Below are positions 27,690-37,348 of a DNA stretch of 64,000 nt, piece after piece. The notes beneath the pieces were generated by a model. It was given only the letters and a program-made list of their open reading frames with translations, did not search any database and was not told the origin of the DNA. The translations under genes were made by a program, and so were the position numbers. Source of the stretch: an uncultured Pseudomonadales bacterium (lineage in GTDB: Bacteria > Patescibacteriota > Microgenomatia > UBA1400 > Chazhemtobacteraceae). Numbering within the stretch: position 1 is the first letter of the stretch; every line of letters begins with the position of its first letter. The stretch covers positions 651,786 to 715,785 of the forward strand of contig CAYQZQ010000001.1 in the NCBI GenBank assembly GCA_964422035.1, written 5' to 3'.

Positions 27690-28349
27690 TTACTCGAACT
27701 TAACAGTTTTAACAGCTTCAATCATTTTTTCTTTAACTTTATCCCAACCTATCGTTTGATGCATCCTGGGCATAGGTTGTTGTTCTGCATTCTTAAAATA
27801 AACTAACGATTTCATGATATGAGTTTTACTGTAACCAATTGTTTGATACTTTTTTTCCATAAGTTTACACAATTCATTCAATGTGTACTTATTTAACAAA
27901 AAGTAAAGATCGATAAAGTCCTTTTTACTCCCCCTCACACCGATGGTTTGTAGTTTAGTACAAGCAATATCCTCAATTGAGCTAAGTTGAATATTTTGCC
28001 AATAAGTTGTTGGTGCAATTAGATCATAAGGATACTCTAAAAACTGTAGTTTGACTCCATTGAGAAATGTATTTAGTGTGCCTTCAGCGAGTTCGGTTTG
28101 TTTTAGATTGGCAAACCTAGTTAGTTTTGACTGCAACCTTTGTGGATCAAATGAGTTTTTTATAAAAAAGTCTAGATCTTCAGATTCACGATGTCCAAGT
28201 TGAAGTGACAAAGCTGTCCCGCCGGATAAATAAAATTCATCTAAAAAATTTGGTTGTTTTGTTTGGAAAAGATCTATCAGTTTAGCCGTTTGATTGGGAA
28301 GAGTTTCTGGGAAAAATTGTTTACTATTCACGGTAGGTAAAGGCTCCAA
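27690..28349 (-). CDS. AbiEii/AbiGii-type nucleotidyltransferase toxin family protein
   Basis: LSGGTALSLQLGHRESEDLDFF NTase motif. C-terminal KKDFIDLYFLL. Confidence 0.7.
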   Translation of the reverse strand: MEPLPTVNSKQFFPETLPNQTAKLIDLFQTKQPNFLDEFYLSGGTALSLQLGHRESEDLDFFIKNSFDPQRLQSKLTRFANLKQTELAEGTLNTFLNGVKLQFLEYPYDLIAPTTYWQNIQLSSIEDIACTKLQTIGVRGSKKDFIDLYFLLNKYTLNELCKLMEKKYQTIGYSKTHIMKSLVYFKNAEQQPMPRMHQTIGWDKVKEKMIEAVKTVKFE

Positions 28350-28561
28350 AAATTTTGTGATTTCGGCTCGAGCTTGAGGTGAGGCATCATATTTTTGATT
28401 TGGGTAGTACCTGCTTTCTTCAATAACCAGGATACAGATTTTTCATCTCCTTTGTTAAGTAAGGTTTGGACAATGTATTGTTTATGTTTTTGCCAACTTA
28501 GCTGGCTTAAATCATCGCCCCAAAAGTATTTTTTAGCCTGGGAGGGAATAGTATCTACCAT
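28328..28561 (-). CDS. small partner protein of the AbiEii-like NTase (putative antitoxin, non-AbiEi type)
   Basis: Overlaps the toxin start by 22 nt. FWGDDLSQL...W motif recalled from small proteins preceding AbiEii homologs. Confidence 0.5.
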   Translation of the reverse strand: MVDTIPSQAKKYFWGDDLSQLSWQKHKQYIVQTLLNKGDEKSVSWLLKKAGTTQIKNMMPHLKLEPKSQNFWSLYLP

Positions 28562-28674
28562 ACTTAAATTATACTAAAAATATGACTTAAACGATAGTTT
28601 GGATAGTTTCCTGTAGGGGAGCAGTATTAACTAACTTTACTGAAGGTCTTTTTGTAATATCTATTTAGTGGATT

Positions 28675-29418
28675 TTATTCTCTGAATTTTTTGTTTAGCT
28701 GAATGCCTATAAAAAGAAATATGCCGGCAAAAAGAAGTAGGATAAATAAATCAGTAATAGGGTTGAAATGAGTTTTTCCCTCAATTCCGTATCTGAATAA
28801 ATCATTGGCATAAGACAAGGGTGAGAGGTATGTGGCTGTTTTTGCCCATATAGGTAAGTTTTCGATGGGGATAAAAATGCCGCTGATAAACATTAGGGGA
28901 AGGCGAATAAAGTTAAGCATCATCATGATATCGCCCGGATTTTCTGTTGGGAACATGGCAAACATATTGCCCAGCAGAGAAAAAGATAAAGAGGCAGTAA
29001 TTAGTCCGATGAATAAAATAAGTGGATTGACCAGAGATACTCCGAGGAATAACCAGGTGGTAATTAAACCTAGGGAGGATATGAACAGACTAAATAAAAC
29101 CCCTCCTAAGGCTTTACCTAACACTATGGCGTAGAAAGATATGGGAGCGGAAATAAGCCGATCAAATGTCTTAACCCGTCTTTCTATGGGAATGGCAACT
29201 GGGCCGATTGATGAGGCTGAAAACAAGACGGTCAAAGAAATTAAGCCGGGGATCAGGGCTGAAACTGGGATGTTTCTGCCAACAGCAAAAGAGAGAAACA
29301 TAAATAAAGGGAACATAACTCCAAACATCAAGGTGCCAGGCCGAAGATAATAGATTTTGATATCTTTTTTTGTAATCGCCCAGGCGGCTTTTAAGTTGTT
29401 CATAATTTTTTGGATCAT
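28675..29418 (-). CDS. ABC-2 type transporter permease
   Basis: Six TM segments. ATGA-type overlap with the upstream ATPase. Confidence 0.65.
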   Translation of the reverse strand: MIQKIMNNLKAAWAITKKDIKIYYLRPGTLMFGVMFPLFMFLSFAVGRNIPVSALIPGLISLTVLFSASSIGPVAIPIERRVKTFDRLISAPISFYAIVLGKALGGVLFSLFISSLGLITTWLFLGVSLVNPLILFIGLITASLSFSLLGNMFAMFPTENPGDIMMMLNFIRLPLMFISGIFIPIENLPIWAKTATYLSPLSYANDLFRYGIEGKTHFNPITDLFILLLFAGIFLFIGIQLNKKFRE

Positions 29419-30362
29419 TTGTTTTGAGTTAACTTTGTAAACACATCTTCTAAATTAGGTCCAAGTGTATTCAGGTTGATAATTTTGAGATTGTTCTCAA
29501 GACTGAAGTCCCAAAGTTCAGATAAGACCTTTTCCGGGCTGTTAGTAAATAATTTATATTTATCACCTAATTTTTGAATTTTGTTAACATGAGAGGATTT
29601 AGTAAGGATATTTATTTTTTTTCGAGAAAGGGGTTTATTAAAGGCTGTCTCTATTGATTGGACACTTTGGATCGTCTTTTTTAGATTCTCCGGTGTATCT
29701 ATGGCTGCAATTTTTCCGTGATTAATGATTGCTACCCGGTCACAGGTTTTATTAGCTTCCTCAATGTTGTGGGTGGTTAGAAAAATAGTAATATTTTGGT
29801 GATTGAGGCTATTGATAATTTCTTTGATAATTTTAGCGCTTTCTACATCGAGTCCGGATGTAGGCTCGTCTAAGAATAACAGGCGAGGGTTGTTGATTAG
29901 ACCCATGGCTAGAGTTAGCCTCCGCTTCATTCCTTTAGAGTATGTTTGGACCTTGTCGTCTCTACGATGAAAAAGCTCAAAAGTCTCTAGTAGTTCCTCG
30001 GCTTTTCGACGAGCTTGATTTTTCTCCAGATGGTAAAGATCAGCGGTAAAAATTAGATTCTCCCAGGCGGTTAAGTCCTTATAAATATTTGATTCTTCTG
30101 GGACGATCCCGATTAGTTTTTTTGCCTCAATAATTTCTTTTTCAATATCATGGTCAAAGATTTTTGCTTTGCCACCTGTTGGTTTAGTTAAGCCGGTTAA
30201 TATTCTGATGGTTGTTGTTTTGCCGGCACCGTTTGGTCCCAAAAAACCAAAAACTTCCCCCTTTTCAACCTGGAAAGAGATGTCATTGACAGCTTTTAGT
30301 TGGCCAAATTTCTTGGTAAGGTTATTTACTTTGATTGCTGTCTTATTTTTTTTAGTGGCCAT
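29415..30362 (-). CDS. ABC transporter ATP-binding protein
   Basis: Walker A GPNGAGKTT, signature LSGGMKRRL, Walker B LLFLDEPT. Confidence 0.85.
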   Translation of the reverse strand: MATKKNKTAIKVNNLTKKFGQLKAVNDISFQVEKGEVFGFLGPNGAGKTTTIRILTGLTKPTGGKAKIFDHDIEKEIIEAKKLIGIVPEESNIYKDLTAWENLIFTADLYHLEKNQARRKAEELLETFELFHRRDDKVQTYSKGMKRRLTLAMGLINNPRLLFLDEPTSGLDVESAKIIKEIINSLNHQNITIFLTTHNIEEANKTCDRVAIINHGKIAAIDTPENLKKTIQSVQSIETAFNKPLSRKKINILTKSSHVNKIQKLGDKYKLFTNSPEKVLSELWDFSLENNLKIINLNTLGPNLEDVFTKLTQNK

Positions 30363-30657
30363 CTTGAATTCCCAAAATAGTTAATTTTTCCAATGCTTTG
30401 ATTCCTCTTGGTTCATCTTTTTTGATAAAAAGGCCGGAATTTTCTTTAAGCTTGAAACTTTTTTCATCTTTAATAAACACTCCCTTACCTTGGAGAACTA
30501 GAAAGAAGACGGCGTAGGGTTCGGGGTGGGGTGGTATTTCTTGATTGGCGTCAAGACAAACCAGGGCAACATTAAATGTTTTTGATTTTAGAACATCAGT
30601 TTTTACCGGTCTTGTCTTAGTAAAAGCCTGAGAAGATAAAATATTATCTATTTTCAT
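30352..30657 (-). CDS. cupin-domain protein
   Basis: Small beta-barrel-like sequence with PHPEPYAVFFLVLQGKG. Confidence 0.5.
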   Translation of the reverse strand: MKIDNILSSQAFTKTRPVKTDVLKSKTFNVALVCLDANQEIPPHPEPYAVFFLVLQGKGVFIKDEKSFKLKENSGLFIKKDEPRGIKALEKLTILGIQDGH

Positions 30658-31039
30658 TGGATTTATCCTTTAAATGTTTTTGATAAAATTTGACCATTTT
30701 ATTCATCATTTTTCTTCTTTCAATAATTACTTCTAGCCAGTTTTTTAAAAGTTCTTCGCCTTTTTTGGTTACTTGATAGATTCTTTTGTCAGGCTTTTCT
30801 TCTCCCTTTTGCCACCTGGAAGTTAATAGGCCTTGTTTTTCCATTCTTCGCAGTAGGGTATAGGCAGAACCAAGTTTAATTTTATGCCTGCCTTCGGTTA
30901 AGTCTTCAATTGACTCAACAATTTTATAACCGTAAGAAGGTTTTTCATAAATTACTCTTAAAATCAAAAACTGCACCCAGCGTTTTTCCGGATATTTTTT
31001 ACAATGGTTATTCTTGTTTTTACTATTCATACATAACAT
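30644..31039 (-). CDS. PadR-family transcriptional regulator
   Basis: ILRVIYEKPSYGYKIVESIEDLTEGRHKIKLGSAYTLLRRMEKQGLLTS. Confidence 0.75.
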   Translation of the reverse strand: MLCMNSKNKNNHCKKYPEKRWVQFLILRVIYEKPSYGYKIVESIEDLTEGRHKIKLGSAYTLLRRMEKQGLLTSRWQKGEEKPDKRIYQVTKKGEELLKNWLEVIIERRKMMNKMVKFYQKHLKDKSNENR

Positions 31040-31158
31040 TGTTATACATGGTCAGAGTTTTGTCAATAGGGTTTGAAGTAAAGCTTGAAAGTCAAAAGAA
31101 AAAAATCTTTTTTTCTTTTACAATAACTGATTGACTTAATGGCAATTATAGTTATAAT

Positions 31159-31485
31159 ATGAATGTGAGTTCATATAATTGCTGTTCACCATCAAGTAAG
31201 GAGGCAGATCAAGTTAAGTCACTATCTGTTTTACTTAAATTAGTGAGTGAGGAGAGCCGGTTAGAGATTTTATGCATTCTTTGTTTGGGAGAGCATTGTG
31301 TTTGTGAGATTATGGAGCATGTTGACATGTCTCAAAGTTTAATCTCTCATCATTTGAAGGATTTAAGGGATGGAAATATTGTTTCCAATGAGAAAAAGGG
31401 TGTGCGGGTTTACTATTCTTTGACTGATAAGGGAAAAAAGATTATAAATTTGTTATTTCAAATTTCGCAGGAGGTAAAATTATGA
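31159..31485 (+). CDS. ArsR/SmtB-family metalloregulator
   Basis: RLEILCILCLGEHCVCEIMEHV...SHHLKDL HTH with CxC. Confidence 0.75.
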   Translation: MNVSSYNCCSPSSKEADQVKSLSVLLKLVSEESRLEILCILCLGEHCVCEIMEHVDMSQSLISHHLKDLRDGNIVSNEKKGVRVYYSLTDKGKKIINLLFQISQEVKL

Positions 31486-31739
31486 AAATTGAGGTATTAG
31501 GTTCTGGTTGTTCGGCTTGTGCCAAGTTAAATGAAATTGTAAATCAAGCAGCTGAAGAAATGGGGTTAAAAGAGAGGGTGGAGTATTTAGCTGGTGTTGA
31601 GGGCACTTCTCGAATTATTGAAATGGGAGCTATGAGTAGTCCGGTTTTAGCAATTAATGATCAGGTTGCTACGGTGGGTTTTATTGCCGATATAGAAAAA
31701 ATTAAGCAAGTAATTAATAAGTTTAGGGATAAAAAATAG
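31482..31739 (+). CDS. thioredoxin-like redox-active disulfide protein 2 family
   Basis: 85 aa with a GSGCSAC motif. Operon with ArsR. Confidence 0.6.
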   Translation: MKIEVLGSGCSACAKLNEIVNQAAEEMGLKERVEYLAGVEGTSRIIEMGAMSSPVLAINDQVATVGFIADIEKIKQVINKFRDKK

Positions 31740-31917
31740 TGTATGAGTATATTTGCGCCAGTTCAACGATTTGCAGATTTGGCTACTTACGGATGGTTAG
31801 GAATAGCTGAAGGTTCGTATGCCGGGGACGGAGTTAATTTTTTTATTTACGGTCTCAATGCTTGTGCTAGAAGTGGAGGTTGAAGGTCTTAATTATTCCA
31901 CATTCAAGGTGAAATAA

Positions 31918-32331
31918 TTAGTTGCTGTTTTGACCAGGAGTTCTCATAAATCCGGTACCTACTTGAATATTTTGAGCAGTGATGCTCCCATCAGAATTTG
32001 ATTGCCCAGTGATAATTACACTTGACCCTTCTGCAATATCATCTCTCGAGCTTTCTTCTGATTTACTTACTGTCGTTGAATTGGTTAAGATTATTATCTT
32101 GCTGCTATTATCAGCAAGTTTTACAGTGATACTTGAGTTATCCAAACTTATTACTTCACCTTTTGCGGTGCTTAGTCCACTCCTCGCAGCATTTTTTTGC
32201 ACTTTCATTTGTTCAGAGTTGGCAGGCCAACTAGGCATTTTACTTTCTTGGTATTTCATACCACCATAAAAGCCTCCGCCACCAGTTGCTGCAGCTGTTA
32301 AAACAATTGCGATTATTAAATTATTTTTCAT
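31918..32331 (-). CDS. small secreted Ser/Thr-rich protein (last gene of efflux operon)
   Basis: Signal/TM N-terminus. No assignable motif. Confidence 0.4.
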   Translation of the reverse strand: MKNNLIIAIVLTAAATGGGGFYGGMKYQESKMPSWPANSEQMKVQKNAARSGLSTAKGEVISLDNSSITVKLADNSSKIIILTNSTTVSKSEESSRDDIAEGSSVIITGQSNSDGSITAQNIQVGTGFMRTPGQNSN

Positions 32332-32351
32332 TATTGTTCACCTCCTCTTTA

Positions 32352-33569
32352 TTATTCATATCTTAAGGCGTCAATAGGTTGTAATTTTGCTGCCTTTTGA
32401 GCTGGATACCATCCAAACAGTATTCCTATTACGGCTGAGACTCCAAACGCCAGCAATATTGATTGTATTGACAATATAAACGGTAGATTCATTGAGCTGG
32501 ATATAATAAATGAAGCTCCAATTCCAATTGTTGTTCCAATTACTCCGCCGATAAATGTAATCATCACTGCTTCTGTTAGAAATTGCGAATTAATGATACT
32601 TGCTTTAGCACCCAGAGCCTTTCGAAGGCCAATCTCTCGGGTGCGTTCAGTTACAGTAACAAGCATAATGTTCATAATTCCAATTCCCCCAACAATAAGA
32701 GATATGGCCGCAACTCCTGTAAGAAGGGTAGTGAAAGTGTCGGTTACTGAAGTAACGGTTGAGAGAATATCTTCCTGAGATCTTATTCTAAAGTCAGCTT
32801 GTTCGGGGTTTTTAATTTTATGTCTTGTCAGTAGTAAATTAGTTAACTCCTCTTGTGTTTGAACCATTACCTCTTCGTTTATAGCACTAACTGAAATTGA
32901 GCTAACATAATCGACCCCAAAAAGTAATTTTTGGGCTGTGGTTAGGGGAATAAACACAACATCATCTTGGTTATACATACCGGCTCCGCCCTTTGCTTCG
33001 GTTAAACCTACAACGGTGAAAACCTGTCCATTAATTCTTATTATCTGTCCAACGGGATTTACCCCTTCTCCAAATAGACCTATCGATGTTTCAGGACCCA
33101 GTACGGCTACCTTATTTAGTACACTTATGTTTCTATCAGTGATAAAGTTTCCGGATGAGAGGGTAAGATTTCTGATGTCAGCATATTCAGGGAGTACGCC
33201 ATAAACATTTGTATTTGTGTTGTTTTTACCGACCACTATTTGAGTTTTGGATGCGTATTCTGCTGAAACCTTGTTTACTGTTGTAATTTGAGTAGAAGCG
33301 GCAATTGCTTTAGCGTCATCGTAAGTTAAAGTTTGCACACTTCCTCCGCTAACACCTTTTGAGGATTGAGAACCTGGAGAGATTGTGATCAAGTTTGAAC
33401 CAAGTGACTGAATATTGCTTGTAATAGAAGCTTGAGATGCCTGACCCAAGGACATTAATGCTATTACACTTCCAATGCCAATAATTACTCCAAGCATTGC
33501 AAGGCCTGTTCTGGCCTTATTGAGTGTTAATACCGACAAACTTTCTGCTATTAGTTCTGATAATTCCAT
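32352..33569 (-). CDS. MacB/FtsX-like ABC transporter permease
   Basis: N-terminal TM segment, large periplasmic domain, C-terminal FtsX-like 3-TM segments. Confidence 0.75.
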   Translation of the reverse strand: MELSELIAESLSVLTLNKARTGLAMLGVIIGIGSVIALMSLGQASQASITSNIQSLGSNLITISPGSQSSKGVSGGSVQTLTYDDAKAIAASTQITTVNKVSAEYASKTQIVVGKNNTNTNVYGVLPEYADIRNLTLSSGNFITDRNISVLNKVAVLGPETSIGLFGEGVNPVGQIIRINGQVFTVVGLTEAKGGAGMYNQDDVVFIPLTTAQKLLFGVDYVSSISVSAINEEVMVQTQEELTNLLLTRHKIKNPEQADFRIRSQEDILSTVTSVTDTFTTLLTGVAAISLIVGGIGIMNIMLVTVTERTREIGLRKALGAKASIINSQFLTEAVMITFIGGVIGTTIGIGASFIISSSMNLPFILSIQSILLAFGVSAVIGILFGWYPAQKAAKLQPIDALRYE

Positions 33570-33583
33570 ATTTACTTCTTTTT

Positions 33584-34291
33584 TTAATATTTTTTTTGCT
33601 TTCTGTTATAATTGTCTTCGGCTATTTTGCCATCACGAATTTTTATGATCCTTTTTGCATATTCTGCAATTTCAAGTTCGTGTGTAATCATTAGAATTGT
33701 ATTACCTCTCTCATTTATGTCTTGAAATATCTTCATTAGTTCGATTGCTTGTTTTGTTGCAATGTTTCCGGTCGGCTCGTCGGCAAGTATTATGCTCGGG
33801 TTCATAGAGAGGGCCCTGGCTATTGCCACTCTTTGTTGTTGACCGCCAGAAAGCTGACCGGGAGTATGGTCAAGTCTATCTCCAAGACCCACCATTTCCA
33901 AGTATTTTTTGGCTTTTTTAACCCTGTTTTCTTTAGCAATACCGCCGTACATCATGGGAATAGAGACGTTTTTCAATGCGCTGGTTCTAGGCAAGAGGTT
34001 GTACAATTGGAAGACAAATCCAATTTTTTCATTTCTAATATCGGCCAATTTATCTTCGTTTAAACTTTCGATGTTTTTGCCATCAAGAACGTACTCTCCA
34101 GATGTTGGTTTATCAAGAGCTCCGATTATGTGCATAAGAGTTGACTTTCCTGATCCTGAAGGACCCATTATGGCTACAAATTCACCCTTTCTCACTTTAA
34201 AAGAAACGCTGTCTAGTGCTTTTACCTCAACTTCACCGGTTTTGTATATTTTGGAGATACCTTTTACTTTAATAAGAGATTGTGTTGTCAT
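33584..34291 (-). CDS. ABC transporter ATP-binding protein (MacB/LolD-like)
   Basis: GPSGSGKST, LSGGQQQRVAIARAL, ILADEPTGN. Confidence 0.85.
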   Translation of the reverse strand: MTTQSLIKVKGISKIYKTGEVEVKALDSVSFKVRKGEFVAIMGPSGSGKSTLMHIIGALDKPTSGEYVLDGKNIESLNEDKLADIRNEKIGFVFQLYNLLPRTSALKNVSIPMMYGGIAKENRVKKAKKYLEMVGLGDRLDHTPGQLSGGQQQRVAIARALSMNPSIILADEPTGNIATKQAIELMKIFQDINERGNTILMITHELEIAEYAKRIIKIRDGKIAEDNYNRKQKKY

Positions 34292-34305
34292 AATATTACA
34301 TTGAG

Positions 34306-35559
34306 TTAACGTATCTTCATTCCACCGCCCGAGCTTCCGCCGACCGGGAATATACTTCCACTTTTTGACTCTCCAGATGATTGGGTGGAAGTTGTTGTTC
34401 CTATTATCACCACATCTCCCTCATTTGCTCCCGATAATATTTCAATAGCAGTGTCGCTTGATATGCCCAGTTCCACTGTTTGATTTATTTCTTGATTTTT
34501 TTTAATAACTTTCATGGATGCGGTTTCGCCTTGATAATTAATTGCAGCTGGCGGAACAGTTAAAACATCACTTTTTGTTTTGACAATGATATTTGCTGTT
34601 GCTGCCATGTTTGGTAAAATTTGCTCTGATTTTGTATCAATTTGAACAATGACAGGATAAGTTGTTACGTTGCTGGTTATAGTTCCAACTCTGTCAACAC
34701 TAACGACTTTTCCGGTGAATGTTTTGTCAGGTATTGAATCAAGGATTATTGTTGTTTTTTGTCCTGGCTTAATTTGAGAGACATCAATTTCACTAACATC
34801 AAATGTTGCGATTGGCAGGCCTTCTGTTCCGATGGTGGCTATTCTTTGATTAGCGCGGGCGCCGCTTGATGTTTCTGTGGCGCCGATATTCATTCCTTCA
34901 GCAATGGTTACACTCTTTATAGTGCCGGAACTAGGTGATGTAATTGTGGGTGAAGCGGTTTTGAAAGAAACAGAAGTGGAGTAAAGTTTTGCCTCTGCAG
35001 ATTTTACCGAGTCGTATGCATTATCGTTTGCAACCTCTGCATTGGTTCTATCTTCTTTCGTTTCTAAACTCTCATCATCATCATGGCCTTGAATTTCATC
35101 ATAGACAACAGCCAGTGATGCCTGTGTCTTTCTGTAATTATTGTTTGCGGCGTTTAGTGAACTTTGAGCGTTGATATAGGTTGAGTATGCCGAAGCATAA
35201 TTTTGTTCTCCCTGGACATCAAGATCGATTTCAGCCAGTTTTTGTCCCACAACCACCTCGTCGCCGTCATTGACATAAACTTTGGTTATTGTTCCACTCG
35301 CTTGAGTAGTGACATTTTCTATATTAGATGAAATTACAGTACCCGAAGCGGTAATGGAAGATACTATTGTTTCACGCTTTACCGTGGCTGTTTGGTTAAT
35401 AACTTCTGGTTCACTATTGTTGTTTCTAATAAGAAGAAATGTTACTGTGCCAACAATCAAAATAATAACTACCAGCCGTTTTTTATTTGTGACCGTTGAT
35501 TTAATAAATTTTATTATCTTCTTTTTCATGTCTTTTTTGTTTATATTTACTACTGCCAA
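34306..35559 (-). CDS. HlyD-family periplasmic adaptor (membrane fusion protein)
   Basis: N-terminal TM segment, coiled-coil, beta-barrel domain. Precedes the ABC pair. Confidence 0.65.
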   Translation of the reverse strand: MAVVNINKKDMKKKIIKFIKSTVTNKKRLVVIILIVGTVTFLLIRNNNSEPEVINQTATVKRETIVSSITASGTVISSNIENVTTQASGTITKVYVNDGDEVVVGQKLAEIDLDVQGEQNYASAYSTYINAQSSLNAANNNYRKTQASLAVVYDEIQGHDDDESLETKEDRTNAEVANDNAYDSVKSAEAKLYSTSVSFKTASPTITSPSSGTIKSVTIAEGMNIGATETSSGARANQRIATIGTEGLPIATFDVSEIDVSQIKPGQKTTIILDSIPDKTFTGKVVSVDRVGTITSNVTTYPVIVQIDTKSEQILPNMAATANIIVKTKSDVLTVPPAAINYQGETASMKVIKKNQEINQTVELGISSDTAIEILSGANEGDVVIIGTTTSTQSSGESKSGSIFPVGGSSGGGMKIR

Positions 35560-35666
35560 TTTGTATAGATAAAGGCATCCTATTATTTAAATCTGAAAGA
35601 TTCCTTAAAAAATGAAACACCCCCGCTTAAAAACGAGGGTGTTTTTCCCGCCTTGGGAAGGTATAC

Positions 35667-36179
35667 TTACTCAGTAGCAAACCATCGAGATAGGATGTTT
35701 TGCACAAATTTCGCAATCCTGCCACTTAAGGCTTGTTTGGCAGATTCATCCAAGTTGTGTCTTTCGACAATACTGTCTACACGATTATTGGCTTGTTCTG
35801 TCAGAAACTCTTCCGCATCTTCTTGAGTAGTACCATTTTCAGCTATGATATCACTCATGGATTCATTGTTTTGACAAGCTTTTCGCATCTCTTCACGGGT
35901 TAGTTTCGTAAACTCTTGCATCGCAGCCCCTCTTTCCTCACGGAAGGCCATTTTTGTCTCCCGTCTTGCAGTCACATCTTCCTCTGAAGGGTTTCCCCGC
36001 TCAGCTCTAAAGTCTTCTCTCATCTCTTCGGGAATAAGATGAAACCTGTCTTCATCTCCATCAAACTTGCCTTTTCCGCCAAAACCACCACCAAAAGCTG
36101 ACGCAGATTGTGGGAGAACTAGTGCACCCAGTAAAGCAAGACTAGAAACACCAAGTAGTACCTTTTTTTTCATGTTCAT
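35667..36179 (-). CDS. small secreted charged protein (signal peptide + Glu/Arg-rich)
   Basis: MNMKKKVLLGVSSLALLGALVLPQSASA signal peptide. It sits between the TCS and the efflux genes. Confidence 0.45.
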   Translation of the reverse strand: MNMKKKVLLGVSSLALLGALVLPQSASAFGGGFGGKGKFDGDEDRFHLIPEEMREDFRAERGNPSEEDVTARRETKMAFREERGAAMQEFTKLTREEMRKACQNNESMSDIIAENGTTQEDAEEFLTEQANNRVDSIVERHNLDESAKQALSGRIAKFVQNILSRWFATE

Positions 36180-36313
36180 ATATTTATCACCTCCTTTCGT
36201 TATTTTTCGACCTTGTGTGTCCCAGTAACTATTTCATTTAGTATGTGGTTTACATTAATAACAAAGTCGAATTGTTAGTAATGTATCAATACTTTTTGAA
36301 AAAACACTTAAAG

Positions 36314-37348
36314 TTATAATGGAAGCTTAACTGTAAATTGGGAGCCTTTATTAACTTTGCTTTCCACACTTATACTACCGGAATGTTGATCTACTATTTT
36401 TTTGGCAATTGCAAGTCCTAAACCATAGCCTTCTGCAATTTTTTTAGATCTTGACTTTTCAGCTCTATAAAATCTATCCCAGATGTGAGGTAGATCGCTG
36501 TTCGCAATACCAATACCGGTATCTTTTACGACAATCTCCATACTGCTTTTTAGTTTAAATATTTCTACACTTACACTACCTTTCTCTTTTGTGTATTTTA
36601 TTGCATTATCAATGAGTATGATAAGAAGTTTTTCTATACCATCTTTGTTCCCTTCTAATACTATACTTTGAGACTTAGTTTTAAAGTCTATATTTTTCTT
36701 TTTGGCGATAGGCATGAATCTCTTAGTGATTTTGTCCAATAAATTCTCAATATCAACTTGTTCATAAAAAGCATTCCCACTTTCCTGATTTTTTGCTAAA
36801 AGCAGCAAATCATTTGTCAAACGCTTTAATCCCAAGGCTTCTTCTAAACTACTTGTTATTGCATCTCTTGCCTTTTTAATGTCGAGTTTCTTGTTATCTA
36901 GTGCAACTTCAAGTGTAGTGATTAGTGCGGTTAAAGGTGTTTTGAGTTCATGTGAGGCGTCGGCTACGAATCTTTTTTGCTCGTTCAAAGCTTCTTCAAT
37001 AGGCTTTAGGGTTTTACCTGCTAGAAAATAGCCTGCAGAGGCAGAAAAGACAAATATTGCCGTGTTGGCATAGACGAGGATTTTTAGTATTTGATTTCTT
37101 ACGGCTTCGATATCTTCAGGTAAGATTCGAAGCTGCCTATTTGATAGTCTTGATGGACGAAACGATTCTTCGCTTAAGTTAAACTTTTTTTCAATCATGT
37201 TCATTCTTGTTTGAAATTCATGATTAACCTGGCGATAAATGAAAACACTAAAAGATAGGCTGACAAGCATTATTATAAGAAGATACAGGGCGGTGAGCTT
37301 AATTCTTGCTTTTTTAAACACAATTTTAATCTTGAATGGTATAGCCAA
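36314..37348 (-). CDS. sensor histidine kinase
   Basis: H-box ADASHELKTPL. G-boxes DTGIGI / GYGLGLAI. Confidence 0.85.
   Translation of the reverse strand: MAIPFKIKIVFKKARIKLTALYLLIIMLVSLSFSVFIYRQVNHEFQTRMNMIEKKFNLSEESFRPSRLSNRQLRILPEDIEAVRNQILKILVYANTAIFVFSASAGYFLAGKTLKPIEEALNEQKRFVADASHELKTPLTALITTLEVALDNKKLDIKKARDAITSSLEEALGLKRLTNDLLLLAKNQESGNAFYEQVDIENLLDKITKRFMPIAKKKNIDFKTKSQSIVLEGNKDGIEKLLIILIDNAIKYTKEKGSVSVEIFKLKSSMEIVVKDTGIGIANSDLPHIWDRFYRAEKSRSKKIAEGYGLGLAIAKKIVDQHSGSISVESKVNKGSQFTVKLPL

Noticed and set aside
28395-28577. Plus-strand 60-aa ORF opposite the AbiEii partner gene
   Set aside because: Antisense to a conserved-motif small protein whose stop and start are coupled to the toxin gene.
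36228-36290. Direct repeats TTAGTA(T/A)TGT upstream of the small secreted gene as a response-regulator binding site
   Set aside because: Their 37-bp spacing fits no OmpR-family pattern I can justify and the similarity is short. It is too weak to call.
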